DNA of 64,000 bases from Squalus acanthias (lineage: Eukaryota). This document shows positions 1 through 11,440 of the stretch, in pieces. The notes under the pieces were generated by a model that was given only the letters and a program-made list of their open reading frames with translations, searched no databases and was not told the origin of the DNA. How positions within the stretch are numbered: position 1 is the stretch's first letter; each line of letters opens with the position of its first letter. The translations under genes were made by a program, and so were the position numbers. The DNA lies in contig CM059446.1 in assembly GCA_030390025.1 (NCBI GenBank), positions 20,522,001-20,586,000 on the forward strand, read 5' to 3'.

Positions 1-332
1 AATAAGCACTTACTTCCCCAGCAACAACACAGCTCAATTTAAAAAGTGTAAAGTTTCACACCAAAAAAAAAATTGTAAACCAGGATAAAACTGCAGACGG
101 GCATAAAAGTGCACACAGTCGTTTTATACATTCACATATATAGATTACAGATATGTACTTAAATGCCCTGCAGGTTTACTGGTGTCAATATTTAGGTATC
201 ACTATTTTAAAATTATTGTAAGTACAAACTGCTATAAAGTGTCATTTTATAAAAACACAATTGGTGTTAGTCATAGTGTTTTCACAAGAACAAGAGCAGT
301 CACTGGCTAGAATCGTCAAGGAAGTTTAGAAC

Positions 333-800
333 AGTGTCAGCCGTGGCTCAGTTGGTAGCACTCTCTCTCACCTCTGAGTCAGAAGGTGGTGGGTTCAAGT
401 CCCACTCCAGAGACTTGAGCACAAAAATCTAGGCTGACACTCCAGTGCAGTGCTGAGGGAGTGCTGCACTGTCGGAGGTGCCGTCTTTCAGATTAGATGT
501 TAAACCGAGGCCCCGTCTGCTCTCTCAGGTGGATATAAAAGATCCCATGGCACTATTTCAAAGAAGAGCAGGGGAGTTCTCCCCGGTGTCCTGGCCAATA
601 TTTATCCCTCAACCAACAGATTATCTGGTCATTATCACATTGCTGTTTGTGGGAGCTTACTGTGCGCAAATTGGCTGCCGCATTTCCTACATTACAACAG
701 TGACTACACTTCAAAAAAAAAAGCACTTCATTGGCTGTAAAGCGCTTTGGGACGTCCGGTGGTCGTGAAAGGCGCTGTAGAAATGCAAGTCTTTCTTTCT
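333..800 (+). mobile_element. Full-length tRNA-headed Deu-domain SINE (SacSINE1/AmnSINE1-like)
   Basis: A/B-box-like head (TGGCTCAGTTGG...GGTTCAAGTCC), Deu-like core, L2-like 3' tail ending in (CTTT)n; flanked by 8-bp direct repeat TTTAGAAC (325-332, 801-808); many copies in the window. Confidence 0.85.
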
Positions 801-927
801 TTTAGAACCACATGTGCAGATTCAAACACATATAATCTTTAATGTACAGTGGCCTTTTCTCTTGTGGTTTCACTGTCTACATGTAACTAACTCCAGAATT
901 TTGTTTAAAAAAAAAAAGTGCTTCAAC

Positions 928-1200
928 AGAGGAGTGGTTGGCACGGTGGATAAGACGGTGGCCCTCTACCTCTGGGACCTAGGTTCAGATTCATCGCAGA
1001 CTGATGGGATGAACATCTCCCTTCCCCTGCAAAGGTCCCAAGAAGTTTGGGCAATGTCAATACAGTTCCTCGTGGCAAGGCACAACACTGCCACTAATTT
1101 GGCATTAAAGAAAGGCCACAGAATGGTTAGTATGGGAAATGGAAAAATCTCACACCATCACAAGCGGGCGCTGTTCTCTTTTTACCTTGGGGCTGCGGCA
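928..1200 (+). mobile_element. Old tRNA-derived SINE fragment, LF-SINE-like
   Basis: Degenerate tRNA head and motifs resembling LF-SINE as I recall it (ACCTCTGGGACCTAGGTTCAGATTC; CAGTTCCTCGTGG; CACTAATTTGGCA); related copy near 21230-21390. Confidence 0.4.
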
Positions 1201-1204
1201 TAGA

Positions 1205-1625
1205 GTAAAGAAAAAAGAAAGGACTCGCATTTATATAGTGCCTTTCATGACATCCTAAGGTGCTTCACAGCCAGTGAAGTACTTTCGAAATGCAGTCGCT
1301 GTTGTATGCAAGGAGATGATGCAGCCAATTTGCACAAAATAAGCACCAATGAAATAAATAACCAGATAATCTGTTTTAATAGAGTTGGTTGAAATGTTGG
1401 TCAGGACACCCAGAGAACTCCCCTTGGGATCTCTTCCATCCACCCGAGGCAGAACCTCAGTTTAATATCTCATGTGAAAGACGGTACCTCTGACAGTGCA
1501 GCACTCTCTCAGTACTGCACTGGAGAGTCAGCCTAGATTATGTGCTCAATTTACTTTGGAGTGGGGTTAGAAGCCATGATCTTCTGACTCAGAGACGAGA
1601 GTGTCATCACTGAGCCAAGGTTGAT
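1205..1625 (-). mobile_element. Diverged Deu-domain SINE
   Basis: Reverse complement of the 333-800 family. Confidence 0.75.
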
Positions 1626-2795
1626 AACAACTTGCGCCTAACTTGCATAGTAAAACATCCAAAGGCGATTCACAGCAGCGTAATCAGACAAAATTTGATA
1701 CCGAACCACAGAAGGAGATATTAGGACAAGTGATCAAAAGCTTGGTCAAAGAGGTAGATTTTAATGAGTGTTTTAAAGGAGGAAAGGGAGATAGAGCGGT
1801 GGAGAGGTTTAGGGAGGGAATTCCAGAGCTTTGGGCCTAGGCAACTGAAGGCATGGGCACCAATGGTGGAGCGATTAAAATCGGGGATGCACAAGAGGCC
1901 AGAACTGGAGGAACCCGGAGTTCTCGGAGGGTTGTAGAGCTAGAATAGGTTAGAGTTAGGGAGGGGCAAAGACATGGAGGGATTTGTAGGTCAGCGAGCA
2001 CAGGAGTGATGGGGTGAACAAGACTTGGCATGAGTCTGGATATGGGCAGCAAAGTTTTGGATGAGCTCAAGTTTACGGAGGGTGGAAGATGGGAGGTGAG
2101 CCAGGAAAGCACTGGAATAGTCAAGTCTAGAGATAACAAAAGCATGGATGAAGCTTTCAGCATAGAAACATAGAAGATAGGAGCAGGCCATTCGGCCCCT
2201 CGAGCCTGCTCCGCCATTCGATGAGATCATGGCTGATCATCCAAACTCAGTACCCTGTACCTGCCTTCTCCCCATATCCCTGGATACCTTTATCTTTAAG
2301 AAATATATCTAACTCATTCTTCAATATATTTAATGACTTGGCCTCAACTACCTTCTGTGGTAGAGAATTCCACAGGTTCACCACTCTCTGGGTGAAGAAA
2401 TTCTTCCTCATTTCTGTCCTAAATGGCTTACCCCTTATCCTTAGATTATGACCCCTGGTTCTGGACTCTCCGACCATCGGGAACATTCTTCCTGCATCTA
2501 GTTTGTCCAGACCTGTCAGAATTTTATATGTTTCGATGAGATCCCCGCTCATTCTTCTATACTCCAGCGAGTATAAGCCCAATCGACCCAATCTCTCCTC
2601 AAATGTCATTCCTGCCAGCAGATGGGCTGAGGCAGGGGCAGAGACGGGATATATTACAGAGGTGGAAGTAGGCGGTCTTGGTAATGGGAAGGATATGGCT
2701 TCGGTCTTCACAATTTTTTTTAATCGGAGGAACTTGTTTCTCATCCAATACTGGATGTCGGACAAGCGGCGTGACAAATCAGATGCAGTGGAGGC
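1626..2795 (-). mobile_element. L2-clade LINE 3' fragment interrupted by a CR1 insertion
   Basis: Minus-strand RT C-terminal-like peptides (IHAFVISRLDYSSAFLA; LSDIQYWMRNKFL); sequence resumes after the nested CR1. Confidence 0.75.
2161..2615 (-). mobile_element. CR1 LINE 3' end nested in L2
   Basis: ERLGRLGLYSLEYRRMSGDLIETYKI...FFTQRVVNLWNSLP CR1 ORF2 C-terminus; TTCTATGTTTCTATG tail; possible CAGCA target duplication. Confidence 0.85.
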
Positions 2796-3906
2796 AGACA
2801 AGACAGCTTTACATTGCATCTAACTGACTATATTTGACTTGCAAGTGCTTGATGTTGATGCGGAGTGCCCGAAGTGGAAAATGTTCCAATTCTCCAACAC
2901 TAAGATCCCTCTTTTTGATGAGCACAATATTTGCACAGGGAAAAAAAAAGTACTTCTGTGTACGTTGTAGATTTGGGTTACTTTACAACCATTCATTATA
3001 TCTCAAAAATCTACGATACGCTGCATTTTTTTAAAACAAGGAACGAAGAAACAGCACATACATCAATGAACCAAGTCTATGACTTGCAGGCACAGGATAT
3101 AATTTACTTGCACCTTACGTGTGGTTTAAAATTCCCCTGATAACATCTCTACAGATTTCCTGCACATTATTGCTGACTGTTCAGAACTACTATCTTGGTC
3201 ACCCGTTATCTTCAAACACGTAGAAAAGTGCTTCCACCAGCCAAACTTCCTTCAGAAGAAACGAGAAAGATCCCAGCACAAACACGATGGGCTGAATGGC
3301 CTCCTTCTGTGCCATAAATTTCTTTGATTCTATGATCCCAAACCCACAGCACTCCCGGAAACATCATATGCTTAAGGTATATAATACAGATCGACTTGTA
3401 CACCAAATAATACTATTGCCCTGAATTTTTATTACTACTCCCACCTTTGCAGACTGTTTCATAAGGTTCTGTATTTTAACCAATCTGTGTTAAAATAGGG
3501 GGAAGATTCCTTCTGTACAATTTGTAGCAAAATTGGGAAAACACGAAAAGGAAGAAATTTAGGAGTTTAATAAAAATAACAGAGGAATGTCCCTGAAGTT
3601 AAAACTGAAGTATAGATAGTGAAGATCTAAAAGTTTCACAATATATCATCTGAAATAAGTGAAGAAATGTTCTGCATTTGGTTTGTGCACCCACCGTCAG
3701 TACTCAGACTGGCACCAGAGTCGCTCACTGATGCCCCGCGGTCCTGGCATGGAATTGAGTACAATTTACCGTAACAAACCTCCGCACAGAATTTCAGACA
3801 CAGCTCAGCCAACACTTTGTGGCAAGACCTGCGCTGTCGGGAATAAACCATCACCTGCTCTCCCCATGTACGCCATAAAATCAAAGATGGTACACAGCAA
3901 ACATAC

Positions 3907-4016
3907 CAGCGGCAAACTGCGCTCCCGGTGGAATCGCAAACTTTGTTCTTTCTACGCATCTCGAAGTTGCACTCAAGGCAGAGTGAACATTTCGCAGACT
4001 GGTGGTGGAAAATGGC
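3907..4016 (-). CDS. NFU1: Probable NFU1 coding exon 2 (rest of mitochondrial presequence: PFSTTSLRNVHSALSATSRCVERTKFAIPPGAQFAA)
   Basis: Strong acceptor TTTGTCTGTTTTAAATTTCAG and donor G|GTATGT; 110 nt, phase 2 to phase 1, in frame with exon 1; Ser/Thr/Arg-rich, acid-poor; conserved NFU1 domain not in window, so identity rests on exon structure and synteny with AAK1. Confidence 0.6.
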
Positions 4017-4120
4017 CTGAAATTTAAAACAGACAAAATGAAACTGTGCACATTAGTTTGTGAACCACGCTTTCATATTAGAATCAGTACTGTCAAGACA
4101 CTAGGCTATGCCTCCAAGCT

Positions 4121-4602
4121 TTGACCACGCTCGATCAGCTCCGATGGACGGGTCACATCGTCCGCATGCCCGATACGAGACTCCCAAAACAAGCGCTCTG
4201 CTCGGAGCTCCGACACGGCAAGAGAGCCCCAGGTGGGCAGAGGAAACGCTTCAAGGACACCCTCAAAGCCTCCTTGAAAAAGTGCAACATCCCCACCGAC
4301 ACCTGGGAATCCCTGGCCCAAGACCGCACAAAGTGGAGAAGCATCCGGGAAGGCGCCGAACACCTCGAGTCTCTTCGCCGGGAGCAAGCGGAAGCCAAGC
4401 GCAAACAGCGGAAGGAGCGCATGTCAACCCAAGCACCCCCACCCCACCCGCCCCTTCAACCACCGTCTGCCCCACCTGTGACAGAGACTGTAGGTCCCGC
4501 ATTGGACTCATCAGTCACCTGAGAACTCATTTTTAGTGTGGAAGCAAGTCATCCTCGGTTCCGAGGGACTGCCTAAGAAGAAGAAGAAGAAGAAGAATAA
4601 GA
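4121..4602 (+). mobile_element. 5'-truncated RTE-clade LINE with 13-bp TSD
   Basis: QLRWTGHIVRMPDTRLPKQ...CPTCDRDCRSRIGLISHLRTH RTE C-terminus; (AAG)n tail; ATGCCTCCAAGCT at 4108-4120 and 4603-4615. Confidence 0.9.
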
Positions 4603-5271
4603 ATGCCTCCAAGCTGCTTACTAGACTATTGCATGAAGAGTTCAGGCTTCAAAGTACTTACTGGCTGGTGTGGAGATAGGAGGGGGGCAGGAATGAGAAG
4701 AGGAGGCGTGGGGAGGGGGGAAGAGGTAGGAACTGTAGAGAGTGATGCGTTTGTGTTTTCACCATCACTTTTTAAATTGGTTTTATTTTACAGAATCACA
4801 CACACTTAAATAATATTTATCAGGTTACTATTTCCCAGCACTATCCTGCTGGAAAGGTTAAAAATGGAAGCAGACAAATTTATATATTTTTGGCCTCGTA
4901 GTTTATATATAAACATCTGTAGTGAGTCGGGGCATGGCATTCTGAAAGAAATGGCATAAGGGGTGCTAACCCTGTCTGCATAAACTGTACCACACATCAA
5001 CACTTCCCCCATATCCCAGTGACAGAAGAAAGTAAGAGCAGTTCAGAAAAACACAATACTGTCACTCAGCTTACTTAGCGTCTCAGCACCAACATGCCTG
5101 GGAGAAAACGAGCGTCACACTTATGCCAATCTAATTTGATGTTGTGCCACTGCGTTTCTTCTTGGATATCTTAATTCAACTCAAGTTGCTGCTGTCACTA
5201 TTAGTGAATCTATGAACAGCAGTGCCTCACTCAAAATGTTTCACAGCTCAAACTGCTCTCGAGACAGAAAT

Positions 5272-6018
5272 CTTCCTAGGCAGTCCCTCGGAACCGAGGA
5301 TGACTTGCTTCCACACTAAAAATGAGTTCTCAGGTGACTGATGAGTCCAATGCGGGACCTACAGTCTCTGTCACAGGTGGGGCAGACGGTGGTTGAAGGG
5401 GCGGGTGGGTGGGCTGCTTGGGTTGACGTGCGCTCCTTCCGCTGTTTGCGCTTGGCTTCCGCTTGCTCCCGGCGAAGAGACTCGAGGTGTTCGGCGCCTT
5501 CCCGGATGCTTCTCCTCCACTTCGTGCGGTCTTGGGCCAGGGATTCCCAGGTGTCGGTGGGGATGTTACACTTTTTCAAGGAGGCTTTGAGGGTGTCCTT
5601 GAAGCGTTTCCTCTGCCCACCTGGGGCTCTCTTGCCGTGTCGGAGCTCCGAGTAGAGCGCTTGTTTTGGGAGTCTCATATCGGGCATGCGGACGATGTGA
5701 CCCGTCCATCGGAGCTGATCGTGCATGGTCAAAGCTTTGATGCTGGGGATGTTGGCCTGAGCGAGAACACTGACGTTGGTGCGCCTATCCTGCCAATGGA
5801 TTTGCAGGATCTTGCGGAGGCAGCGTTGGTGGTACCTCTCCAGTGCTTTGAGGTGCCTGCTGTACATGGTCCATGTCTCGGAGGCATACAGGAGGGCGGG
5901 TATCACTGCTGCTCTGTAGACCATGAGCTTGGTGCCGGGTTTGAGGTCCTGGTCTTCAAACACTCTCTTCCTCAGGTGACCGAAGGCTGCACTGGCACAC
6001 TGAAGGCAGTGTTGGACT
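5272..6018 (-). mobile_element. 5'-truncated RTE-clade LINE with 10-bp TSD, uninterrupted ORF fragment
   Basis: ASAAFGHLRKRVF...LLYASETWT...QLRWTGHIVRM...CPTC...HLRTH; AGACAGAAAT at 5262-5271 and 6019-6028. Confidence 0.9.
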
Positions 6019-6874
6019 AGACAGAAATATGCAATCTCTGGAAGGACAAAATCTATGATTGGCACTGCTGGGTATTTTCTCACAGTTCAAGTGGACATAG
6101 TGCAAAAGGTTCACACACCTGCCTTTACACTGTACTGAAATCCTGGTCGCAATACTAAGACAATATTCTATGACCAAAAGTTAAAGTTCATGCAGTTTCC
6201 TTTTCTCTCTTAGCTGCAACTAGATCTTATTTAATTTCCTGAGCAAATCTAATGGCCGGGAAATCAAATCAATGCTGCACTTAGTTAACTGGAAATAAGG
6301 ACCAAACAGAAACAAACTACAGCTGAACATTCCAATTCTATATCCTAACTACACATTCCCTCCATAAAATGACACAGACTTGTGTTGAAAGCTGCACACT
6401 TGGCATTTTAAATTGTGCTAAGACGACAGCAATGCGGCCCCACCCCACCTCCCATCCCCACGGAACGTTACTTTCTCTTTCACAAGAGAACTTGGGAGTT
6501 GTGACGAGCAACTGGTGAAACTAAATGAATTTACTAAATGCTGGTAATATAGGCTGGAGGGAAGTCTCTCGTTGTCGAGGGGTTTCGTTCTATAGCATAC
6601 ATGGAAATCTTCACACAGAACATAATAGCATAGCATGGAGCTGTACTGCCAGGTAACAAACTTATTATCTCACTGCTTGTACTGGGTTCTATTTGTAGTT
6701 GTATTTGTAGCTCGTGCATATCTTCAGTTCATCGGTACTGATATTTTAATAAATGTACTATTTACGGGGATAGAGCGGGGGAATTGGACTGACTGGATTG
6801 CTCTACAGAGAGCCGGCACGGACTGGATGGGCCGAATGGCCTCCTTCTGTGCCGTTATGACTCCATGACTTATA

Positions 6875-7197
6875 TGTCTTTCGGATGAGGCGTTAAACCG
6901 AGGCCCTGTCTGTTCTCTCAGGTCGACATAAAAGATCCCATGGTACTATTTCGAAGAAGAGCAGGGGAGTTATCCCCAGTGTCCTGGCCAATATTTATCC
7001 CTCAATCAACATCACTAAAAAAACAGATGATCATTACCACATTGTTGTTTGTGGGAGCTTGCTGTGCGCAAGTTGGCTGCTGTGTTTCCTACATTACAAC
7101 AGTGACTAAACTTCAAAAGTACTTCATTGGCTGTACAGCGCTTTGGGGCGCCCTGAGGTCATGGATGGCGCTATATAAATGCAAGGCTTTCTTTTTT
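6875..7197 (+). mobile_element. 5'-truncated Deu-domain SINE preceded by a short CR1-like 3' tail (~6765-6870)
   Basis: Matches the 3' two-thirds of the 333-800 family. Confidence 0.75.
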
Positions 7198-7537
7198 TAT
7201 ATAACACAACCCAGTGAGGCCAGTTTTTCATTGTAAGCTGATGTCAGCAAATACAGGATTTTGGATTTCCAGTGATATTCCCCAGTGTATACTGCAGAAC
7301 GATTTCACCATAATGTCTCAGATAGAGTCCTGTTATTAACATGTACTGTCCATACTAGGTTTTGACCCGGAAGCTATTGTGATGCTATGTGGCTTAAGGT
7401 CGTCAGAAACATTTTTTTTTGATGTGTAACTTTCTTCATAGTAGCATCACATCAAAAGCTGGTACTGTATATTATAAAGTCGCCTTCATCATTTATTTTA
7501 GATCCCTTTCAATAAAGCACAAGTAGTAGCCAAGTAG

Positions 7538-8001
7538 TGTCAGCTGTGGCTCAGTGGGTAGCACTCTCGCCTCTGAGGCAGAAGGTTGTGAGTTCGAAGC
7601 CCCACTCCAGGGACTTGAGCACAAAAAGCTAGGTTGACACTCCAGTGCAGTGCTGAGGGAGTGCTGCACTGTCAGAGGTGCCATCTTTCAGATGAGACGT
7701 TAAACCAAGGCCCCATCTGCCCTCTCGGGCGGACGTAAAAGATCCCGCGGCACTATTTCGAAGAAGAGCAGGGGAGGTGTCCTGGCCAATATTTATTCCT
7801 CAATCAACATCACTAAAACAGATTATCTGGTCATTATCACATTGCTGTTTGTGTGGGAGCTTGCTGTGCGCAAATTGGCTGCCGTATTTCCTGCATTACA
7901 ACAGTGACTTAAAAAAAAAAGTACTTAATTGGCTGTAAAGTGCTTTGGGATGTCCTGGGGTTGTGAAAGGCGCTATAGAAATGCAAGTCTGTCTTTCTTT
8001 C
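7538..8001 (+). mobile_element. Full-length Deu-domain SINE
   Basis: Same family as 333-800, head to (CTTT)n tail. Confidence 0.85.
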
Positions 8002-8714
8002 TAGGACAGCTCAGGAACCAGCATGAATCGTTCTAAGATTGAGGAAGGGACCTGCAATCTGGAAGTCAGATTGAAACTAAATGTTCATTGCATGATTTTT
8101 ATTTCAGCAAAGTAAATTAGTCTGTCAAAAAGCTCTATTGTTAACTTTTAACCAATCAAAAAATGCCGGTAAAACAAAGTTAAAAATCACACATCAGTGC
8201 ACTCTGCCATAAGCATTGTTTGCTTTCTGCAGAGACGAACTTTAAACTGCGGCTTCTGTAAGTCACAATGGTGACATACAGGATATTTATTGCAAAACAG
8301 TTCAACTTGTGACCATTGAATATTCTAAGCTGCATCTTCCCATTTTCATATCTTCTGTATCGAATCACACGTCAGGCGTGCGTGCATTTCGGAGGGTGGG
8401 GAGACCAAGGGTAGGAGGCCGCAAAGACTGAAAATCATTATGACATCATTGCAAAAAAAGACCTTTTACCAAAATTACTTCCAACTGAAGATCTGAAAAT
8501 CTGCCGCTGCAGAAAAAGAGCTTCCATCTAAGCATGCAGAAAGACAAGAACCTCAGATGGTCAAGGGTCACCCTTTAGAAATAGAAATCAACAACTTGCA
8601 TTTATGTAGCACCTTTAACATCATAAAACAGCCCAAAGCGCCTCACAGGAGTGTAAGCAAACAAAATTTGACGCCAAGCCATCAGTTGAAGGCTCTGGCA
8701 TATCCGCTACATTC

Positions 8715-8995
8715 GCTAAATTTCTCCTCATCTCAGCCCTAAATGGCCGACCCTTTATTCTGAGACTGTGACCCCTGGTTCTAGACTCCCCAGCCAGGGG
8801 AAACATCCTCCCTGCATCTACCCTGCCAAGCCCTGTAAGAATTTTGTATGTTTCAATGAGATCACCTCTCATTGTTCTAAACTCTAGAGAATATAGGCCT
8901 AGTCTACTCAATCTCTCCTCATAGGACAATCCCCCCATCCCAGGAACCAGTCTGGTGAACCTTCGTTGCACTCCCTCTATGGTAAGTATATCCTT
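8715..8995 (-). mobile_element. CR1 ORF2 fragment
   Basis: IEGVQRRFTRLVPGMGGLSYEERLSRLGLYSLEFRTMRGDLIETYKIL. Confidence 0.85.
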
Positions 8996-9078
8996 CTGAC
9001 TCAGAGGAGAGAGTGTGCTGACACACAGCAATAATTTAATGTAATAAAGCTTCACAGCAGTGTTATCAGTTAAGTGGA

Positions 9079-9523
9079 TCAGCCGTGGTTCAGTTGGTAG
9101 CACTTTTGCCTCTGAATCTAAAGATTGAGGGTTCATAGTCCCACTCCAGGGACTTGAGCACAAAAATCTAGGCTGACACTCCAGTGCAGTGCTGTCGGAG
9201 ATGCCGTCTTTCAGATGAGACGTTAAACCGAGGCCCCGTTTGCTCTCTCAGGCGGATGTAAAAGATCCCGCGGCCACTATTTCAAAGAAGAGCAGGTAAG
9301 TTCTCCCGTGTCCTGGCCAATATTTATCCCTCAACCAACAGCACAAAAACAGATTATCTGGTCATTATCACATTGCTGTTTTGTGGGAGCTTGCTGTGCG
9401 CAAATTGGCTGCTGCGTTTACTACATTACAACAGTGACCGCACTTCAAAAAAAAAGTACTTCATTGTCTGTAAAGCGCTTTGGGACGCCCGAGAGGCACT
9501 ATAGAAATGCAAATCTTTATTTC
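9079..9523 (+). mobile_element. Deu-domain SINE
   Basis: Same family as 333-800 with a small internal deletion. Confidence 0.8.
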
Positions 9524-10129
9524 TTGATAACACTCCTTGGGACATTTTATTACGTTAAAGGCGCTATGTAAATAAAAAGTTGCTGTTGTTGTCTCGCACC
9601 CCATTGGCAACTCTGGTTTTTTTTGCGATTTAAATATTTTTATTCAAATACAATACCTGTACAACTCATCAATTACATAGTAAATCCATTACATTCATCC
9701 ATCACAGTAAAAAATAAAGCCTTAAAAAAACAGCCTTATAGTTAATATAAATGCAATGATTAATTTTACAAATAATCAATAATGTTTACAGTACAAATAC
9801 TCTTAAACAATACCACACAACTTTTTAGATTTAAAATAATAAATCTCAAAGTTGCAACTCTGTTTTACGTTTTAAAAACGCACTCCCTCAGCACGGCACT
9901 GTATTTCTTTCTGTGCTCTGGAGCAGGGGTGGAGGGGGGACTTGAACCCACAACCTTCTGACTCAGAGAGGCCAGGGCACTTCAGTGGCGACGGAACACC
10001 CTGAGGTGGCGAGAGAAACGCAAGTTCTTTCTATATCTCAAACATTTGAAGAAAAAAAAACCACACACACACACACTTCCCCTCCCTCCTCAGTTTCCTG
10101 ACCCAGGAGTGTTGTCGATGGTGAGGGTG

Positions 10130-10720
10130 AGAGAGAGAGGGGGCCCAGGGGCGGGTTACCCACCTGACAACAGGCCGCCATCGCCAGAGCAACGGCCGCA
10201 GCCTCCCGCCTCCTGGCGCCGCCATCCCTCCCTGCCAGGACCCCGTCCAGCCGCCCGTCCTTAACACCGCCTTCAACAAAAAAAAAACACCACCCACCCG
10301 TCACAAAACAAACACCAACCACAATATATCAAGCCATCCCAATCTCAACATTTATTCGGAAAAAAAACCCCCCATCAATAAACATTTAAAAATCAGGCAC
10401 GTCAGAGACGACTGGCTATAAAGGCCCCCCCTTTTGCAGGACAGTGGGGAGAAAAAAAAAACTGGTTTGCAAAGAGCACGGGGGGAAAAACAAAAGCAAA
10501 AATAATGCAAGACGCCTTTGGTAAATTTGGATTGTTTTCACACGCGTGAGTCACCTCCGTTGGATTTTTTGGGGAAATAGGGGTCGGGCGGGATTGCAAT
10601 GTGTTTTTTTTATGCACGGTGTGTGTGTGTGTCTGTGTGTGAGGGAGAGATGCTGAGGGCGGGCGCGCGCCCCGCCCCGGCCGGCTCGCGCATCAGCACC
10701 GGGCTCTCGCCATTCACTCA
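10130..10720. promoter_or_regulatory. CpG-rich, probably bidirectional promoter shared by NFU1 (-) and the PAQR3-like gene (+)
   Basis: Local CpG enrichment; GC boxes near 10149, 10586, 10657; TGAGTCA at 10547-10553; TATAAAG at 10417-10423; lies between two divergent genes. Confidence 0.6.
10164..10225 (-). CDS. NFU1: Probable NFU1 coding exon 1 (MAAPGGGRLRPLLWRWRPVVR, mitochondrial presequence)
   Basis: ATG in good context (GGGATGG) inside CpG-rich DNA; donor AG|GTGGGT; 62 nt ending phase 2 on Arg21, the layout I recall for human NFU1 exon 1; Arg-rich, no acidic residues; same orientation downstream of AAK1 as in human. Confidence 0.65.
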
Positions 10721-10898
10721 CTCACTCACTCATTCATTCAGAAATTCTGGGACGCTGAGAAAGATTTTGCTACAGAGTGTTCTTTTTGGGGTGGGAGGGG
10801 GAAGTAACTCCTCCAGTTTTGACACTGGGAATCCAGATACCGTAGTTTCATTTTGTTTTTGTCTTTGCAAGGGGAATGAGCTGCAGCTTAATCTTAAA

Positions 10899-11180
10899 AT
10901 GCAATTCATGTATTTTTATCCCTGAAAACTCCCATGCAATTCATGTACTTTTATCCCTAAAAGATCCCATGCAATTCATGTATTTTTATCCCTAAAAGCT
11001 CCTATGCAATTCATGTATTTTATCCCTGAAAAGTTCCCATGCAATTCATGTATTTTATCCCTAAAAGCTCCCATGCAATTCATGTACTTTTATCCCTAAA
11101 AGATCCCACGCAATTCATGTATTTTTATCCCTGAAAGCTCCCATGCAATTCATGTTTTTTTTAAATCCCTAATAGATCCC
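10899..11180 (+). repeat. Minisatellite, ~8 copies of a 35-bp unit ATGCAATTCATGTATTTTTATCCCTAAAAGCTCCC
   Basis: Tandem units read directly, no spacers; runs into a truncated SINE. Confidence 0.92.
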
Positions 11181-11440
11181 ACTGCACTATTTCTAAGAAG
11201 AGCAGGGTTGTTATCTTCTTGGTGTCAATATTTATCTCTCAATCAACATCACTTTAAAAAAAACCAAATCATCTGGTCATTATCTCATTGCTGTTTGTGG
11301 GAGCTTGCTGTGTGCAAATTGGCTGCCGCGTTTCCCACATTGCAACAGTGGCTACACTTCAAAAAGTACTTCGTTGGCTGCAAAGCGCTTTGGGACGTCC
11401 GATGGTCGTGATAGGCGCTGTGGAAATGCAAGTCTTTATT
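11175..11440 (+). mobile_element. 5'-truncated Deu-domain SINE
   Basis: GATCCC..GCACTATTT..AAGAAGAGCAGGG through AAATGCAAGTCTTT. Confidence 0.8.

Noticed and set aside
335-410. tRNA genes at SINE heads (also 7538, 9079, 22447, 24096, 53537)
   Set aside because: tRNA-like A/B boxes continue into SINE bodies; no standalone cloverleaf with terminator
3636-3959. Cys-rich 107-aa ORF on minus strand
   Set aside because: Alternative frame over NFU1 exon 2 and its intron; the phase-compatible frame ends at a strong GTATGT donor
6471-6591. Possible extra NFU1 cassette exon (TKPLDNERLPSS...)
   Set aside because: Ends in phase 0 while exon 2 needs phase 2; no recognisable homology
8470-8527. Possible exon MEALFLQRQIFRSSVGSNF in NFU1 intron 1
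   Set aside because: Neither candidate donor preserves frame with exon 2; unsupported without transcripts
10899-11180. CRISPR-like array (35-bp repeats)
   Set aside because: Units are directly tandem with no unique spacers, there are no cas genes, and the context is vertebrate
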